In this document: one piece after another, positions 60,464 to 64,000 of the stretch
Layout: each line of letters begins with the position of its first letter
Position numbering within the stretch: the stretch's first letter is position 1
DNA from: an uncultured Pseudomonadota bacterium
GTDB taxonomy: Bacteria > Myxococcota_A > Polyangia > Fen-1088
Length of the DNA: 64,000 bases
Direction: 5' to 3'
NCBI GenBank assembly: GCA_963847705.1
Contig: CAWKBC010000021.1
Location: forward strand, 128,001-192,000
Program-made: the position numbers and the translations under genes
The notes under the pieces: generated by a model
The model's input: the letters and a program-made list of their open reading frames with translations, nothing else
The model's database searches: none
What the model was told of the DNA's origin: nothing

Positions 60464-62389
60464 TTGCCGGTGCCTCGGCAAGGGTGGTTCGCAGCGGTGG
60501 TGGTGGTGCTCGGTCTGGGCGGGTGTGGGGTGGTCTCCTTCCCGCATCCGATGACCGCCGCGGACCTCGCCACCCTCGACTCGGGTGACGCGCTGGTCGC
60601 CTACCTCGCGCAGCGCGACGCCAGCGCGGCTGTTTGCGACCTCCGTTCGACGGGGCCGCACCTGGCCGCGTTCGACGAGGAGATGGCGACGACGCTGGTT
60701 CAGGGCCTCGACGCGGGGAAGGTGGACCCGTCGCTCGGCCGCGCCTGCATCGACGCCGCGCTGGAGGGGGGCTCGCAGGCGGGCGCGGTGCAGCTCGTCG
60801 ACGCCGTCGCGCGCGGCATCCATTCCCTGGCGAACGACAGCGCCCTCGAGACGTCGGGCGCGGTCGAGGAGCGGCTGGCGATCCTCCAGTCCATCTACAT
60901 CGAGAGGCCCAGCGGAAAAGACGGCGATCCGAAGACGATGGACCGCATCTTCGAGCAGCTTCGCCGGAAGTTCTGGGGCGGGCGATTCGGCCAGGTCGGT
61001 GCGCGCTACATCAACGTGCTCCTGGGCGTGGTCGATCTCGAGCAGGGACGCTACGGCGGACGGCCCGTCGACCTGGCGACGATCGACGGCCTCGCCGCGC
61101 GCCGCGCCGAGACGCTGCTGCGCCGCTTCGCCGATCGACTCCCCACACCGGCGCTCCGGGTCGCGTCCCAGCGACAGCTGGTCCGCTTGCGGATTGCCGC
61201 CTCGCTCTTCCCGGAGGTGCGGGCGCAGGCCGCGGCGGTCGAGGCGCGGGTCATGCAGCAAGGGATCAACCGCGTCTCGCTGACCGACGAGCCCGCCGTC
61301 AGCGCCTCGGTCGACGCCGCGAAGCTGCCGGCGCGCAACATCCTGGTGAGGCAGGACCTCACGAGCCAGTCGGCGACGCTGTTCGGCTACGTGACGGGAC
61401 GAAACGATCTGTCGGTCATTCCCAACCTGTCGCTCGGCGGCGCGCTGTGGGTGACGGTGACCGGGCTGTCGCGCCCGATCACCATCTGCGGCTCCCCGCG
61501 CTCCTACGATCCCACGCCGTGCCTCGGCGCCGACGACGTCACGCTGGAGAACCCCTTCGCGGCCTCCGAGCACGACGGGACGTTTCACTTCCGCGACCAG
61601 GCCAGCGAGGCCGAGGTCGTCGGCCTGACGCAGTCGGATTCGTTCCCGCTTGCGATCGACGTCGGCGGCCACCGGCTGGTCTCTCTCACCTGGGCGCTTC
61701 GTTTTCAACGTCCGGACGATCTGGTCCTCTCCCCCAGCGTCGGTCGCGGGCCGGACCTGCAAGTGACGGTCGACCACGCCGATCCGTACCTCTACGTGTT
61801 CACCGTGAGGGAGGGACGCCACTTTTCCCGCGCCGTCATCGAAAAGACCGATCTCGCCGGGTTTCACGTCGTCTCGCGGGGAGCGACCGGAGCGCCCGGG
61901 ATGGACGGGGCCCCCGGCATGGACGGCACCGACGGCTCCGACGGAACCTCCGCCAGCTGCCCCTCGATGTCGGGCGGCGACGGCACCGACGGCACCGACG
62001 GCGGCAACGGGGGCGACGGCGGTCCGGGCGGCCCCGGTGGCGACGGCGGCAACGTCTTCGTGCGGTTCCAATGTGGCGCGGCCGCTTGCTCGAATGATGA
62101 CCTGGCGTTGTTGCGCCGGGTCGTCCTCAGCCAGGGCGGCCCCGGCGGCGCAGGGGGCTCCGGCGGTCGCGCCGGCCGGGGAGGACGCGGTGGCGCAGGC
62201 GGCTCGGGGGCGACCTGCGTCGACCCCTCGGACGGCTCGAGCAGCAGCCTGAGCGGAGGGAACAGCGGCAGGAGCGGCAACAACGGCTTTCCGGGCAGCG
62301 ACGGCCCGGCCGGGGCGCCGGGACGGCCGGGGACGGTGCGGATCGAGCTGGCGGCGGCACAACAACCGCCCGGCCGCCACGCTCAGTAG
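60464..62389 (+). CDS. Hypothetical lipoprotein with C-terminal Gly-X-Y/Gly-rich domain
   Basis: LGGC lipobox; GAPGMDGAPGMDGTDG..GGPGGAGGSGG. Confidence 0.75.
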   Translation: MPVPRQGWFAAVVVVLGLGGCGVVSFPHPMTAADLATLDSGDALVAYLAQRDASAAVCDLRSTGPHLAAFDEEMATTLVQGLDAGKVDPSLGRACIDAALEGGSQAGAVQLVDAVARGIHSLANDSALETSGAVEERLAILQSIYIERPSGKDGDPKTMDRIFEQLRRKFWGGRFGQVGARYINVLLGVVDLEQGRYGGRPVDLATIDGLAARRAETLLRRFADRLPTPALRVASQRQLVRLRIAASLFPEVRAQAAAVEARVMQQGINRVSLTDEPAVSASVDAAKLPARNILVRQDLTSQSATLFGYVTGRNDLSVIPNLSLGGALWVTVTGLSRPITICGSPRSYDPTPCLGADDVTLENPFAASEHDGTFHFRDQASEAEVVGLTQSDSFPLAIDVGGHRLVSLTWALRFQRPDDLVLSPSVGRGPDLQVTVDHADPYLYVFTVREGRHFSRAVIEKTDLAGFHVVSRGATGAPGMDGAPGMDGTDGSDGTSASCPSMSGGDGTDGTDGGNGGDGGPGGPGGDGGNVFVRFQCGAAACSNDDLALLRRVVLSQGGPGGAGGSGGRAGRGGRGGAGGSGATCVDPSDGSSSSLSGGNSGRSGNNGFPGSDGPAGAPGRPGTVRIELAAAQQPPGRHAQ

Positions 62390-62597
62390 GGTCCTTTACT
62401 TAGTCGCGTGAGCGTCGACGGGCTTTGCCCGGCGATGCTCGTCGCGGGGGATTTAAAGGACCCTCCCAGGGTCCTTTGTTTAATAGTCGCGTGAGCGTCG
62501 ACGGGCTTTGCCCGGCGATGCTCGTCGCGGGGGATTTGCCCGGCGATGCTCGTCGCGGGGGATTTAACGGACCCTCCCAGGGTCCTTTATTTAATAG
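62388..62597. repeat. 83-bp two-hairpin tandem repeat filling a convergent intergenic gap
   Basis: Units at 62401 and 62484; CGGGC-TTT-GCCCG and GGACCCT-CCC-AGGGTCC hairpins; 28-bp internal duplication 62507-62562. Confidence 0.95.
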
Positions 62598-64000
62598 CTC
62601 AGTCCGTAGGCGTACGGGTAGAGCGGGTTGTAGTTGGCGTCGCCGACGTTGATGGGGATCTGCGCCATGCTGTTGGGCCAGGTGCGGGGGAGCTTGCCGG
62701 TCGGATGCACGTCGCCGAAGAGCACGTCGGTCACGCCGGCCCCCTCGGTGCCGGGCAGCCAGGCGACCACGATCGCGTCGGCGATCGGCAGGATCTGATC
62801 GAGGATCAGCGGGCGGCCGGTCACCAGCACGACCACGGTCTGGAGGCCCGCGCTCTTCATCTTTTGGACGACCGCCACGTCGGCGCTGTCCACCTCCAGC
62901 GTCGTCGGCCGGTTGCTGCAGGAACTCCCGCCCTGTGGGTTGGGGATGTCGCCGCACCCCTCTGAATACGGCGTCTCACCGATGACGGCGATGCCGACGG
63001 TCGACCCGTTGCCGGTCGCCGAACCGTCCAGCGCGTAGTTCACGCGCGCGGTCGTCAGCACGTTCTGCAGCGCCGCCCGAATGGTGGTCCCGCCGGTCGT
63101 CACGTTGCCGCTCATCCCCTGCCAGGTGACGGTCCAGCCGCCGCACTGGTTGCCGATGTTGTCGGCGGTCTTGCCGCCGAGCGCGACGCCCGGGACGGAC
63201 TTCGACAGCGGCAACACGCCGCCGTCGTTCTTGAGGACCACCACCGACTCCGCCACCGCCTGCCGCGCCACCGCCCGGTGCGCGGCCGAGCCGACCGCCG
63301 CGGTCAAGGTCCGGTCGACCAGCCGCTGCGTGCCGTCGAGCAGCCCCATCTCGCACTTGACGACCAGGATCCGCCGGGCGGCGTCGTCGATGCGGCTCTG
63401 CGGGACCGTGCCGGGAACCAGCGGGCGCACCATCGACAGGAAGGATGAGGCGCTGGGCCCGAACGTCATGACCATGTCGACGCCGGCGTTCAGGCAGGGC
63501 CCCAGGGTCACGCCGTTCGTGGTGCAGCCGTTGTAGTCCGAGCCGACGAACCCGGCGAACCCCAGCTGCCCCTTGAGCACGTCGGTGATCATCGTGGTGT
63601 TCATGTGCATCCGCGTCCCCTGCCAGCTGCTGTAGGAGGCCATGATCGACCCCACGCCGGCGCTGACCGCCGCCTGGTAGGGCGTCAGGTGCAGCGCGCG
63701 CAGCGTCGTCTCGTCGCCCGAGGTGTCGCCCTCGTTGATGCCGTTCAGGGTCCCGCCGTCGCCCAGGTAGTGCTTGGCGTTGGCCAGCACCGTGAACGGC
63801 CCGCCCAGCTTCTGAAACCCGTTGATGTAGGCGACCCCCATCGCGGAAGGGAGCTCGGGCGTCTCGCCGAACGACTCGTAGGTGCGCCCCCAGCGCTCGT
63901 CGCGGGCGACCGCCACCACCGGCGCGAACGGAAAGTCGGCCCCGGAGCCGGTGGCCTCTTCCGCGACGGCGGTCGCGACCTGCTCGACCAGGGCGACGTC
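62591..64000 (-). CDS. GH3 beta-glucosidase (5'-partial)
   Basis: RDERWGRTYES, AKHYLGDGG, GSDY, VVLKN, AWLPGTEG.GV.DVLFG. Confidence 0.93.
   Translation of the reverse strand, partial: DVALVEQVATAVAEEATGSGADFPFAPVVAVARDERWGRTYESFGETPELPSAMGVAYINGFQKLGGPFTVLANAKHYLGDGGTLNGINEGDTSGDETTLRALHLTPYQAAVSAGVGSIMASYSSWQGTRMHMNTTMITDVLKGQLGFAGFVGSDYNGCTTNGVTLGPCLNAGVDMVMTFGPSASSFLSMVRPLVPGTVPQSRIDDAARRILVVKCEMGLLDGTQRLVDRTLTAAVGSAAHRAVARQAVAESVVVLKNDGGVLPLSKSVPGVALGGKTADNIGNQCGGWTVTWQGMSGNVTTGGTTIRAALQNVLTTARVNYALDGSATGNGSTVGIAVIGETPYSEGCGDIPNPQGGSSCSNRPTTLEVDSADVAVVQKMKSAGLQTVVVLVTGRPLILDQILPIADAIVVAWLPGTEGAGVTDVLFGDVHPTGKLPRTWPNSMAQIPINVGDANYNPLYPYAYGLSY

Overview
High-GC bacterial chromosomal window, probably from a Myxococcota (Polyangia-like) organism; this is inferred from lipoprotein CAZymes with long Gly/Ser/Thr linkers and from Cys-rich lipoproteins. 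It is a mixed accessory/housekeeping region. It holds a KaiC-like ATPase / PAS histidine kinase / WS-DGAT / hydrolase run, a P3A-type H+-ATPase, a thioredoxin-DUF393 pair, MtfA, an eRF1-middle-domain-like protein, groES-groEL, a rhodanese-nitroreductase operon, MBOAT, a long adenylate kinase-like protein, GH11, CE2, GH44 and GH3 CAZymes, a LigD polymerase domain, an SNF2 helicase, Prc protease, PhaZ, several SDR/TetR/ArsR-SRPBCC units, cytochrome P460 and a Rieske oxygenase. I found no rRNA, tRNA, CRISPR array, transposase or integrase. The most unusual signals are: (1) a two-hairpin ~81-83 bp repeat family at two loci, each abutting stop codons; (2) many internally deleted or truncated gene remnants plus many short tandem duplications; (3) small or non-canonically started genes missed by the ORF track; (4) repeated leaderless-type promoter geometry. 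Several single-base frameshifts may be sequencing errors. All family calls come from motif recognition by eye, not database searches, and no novel system is established.
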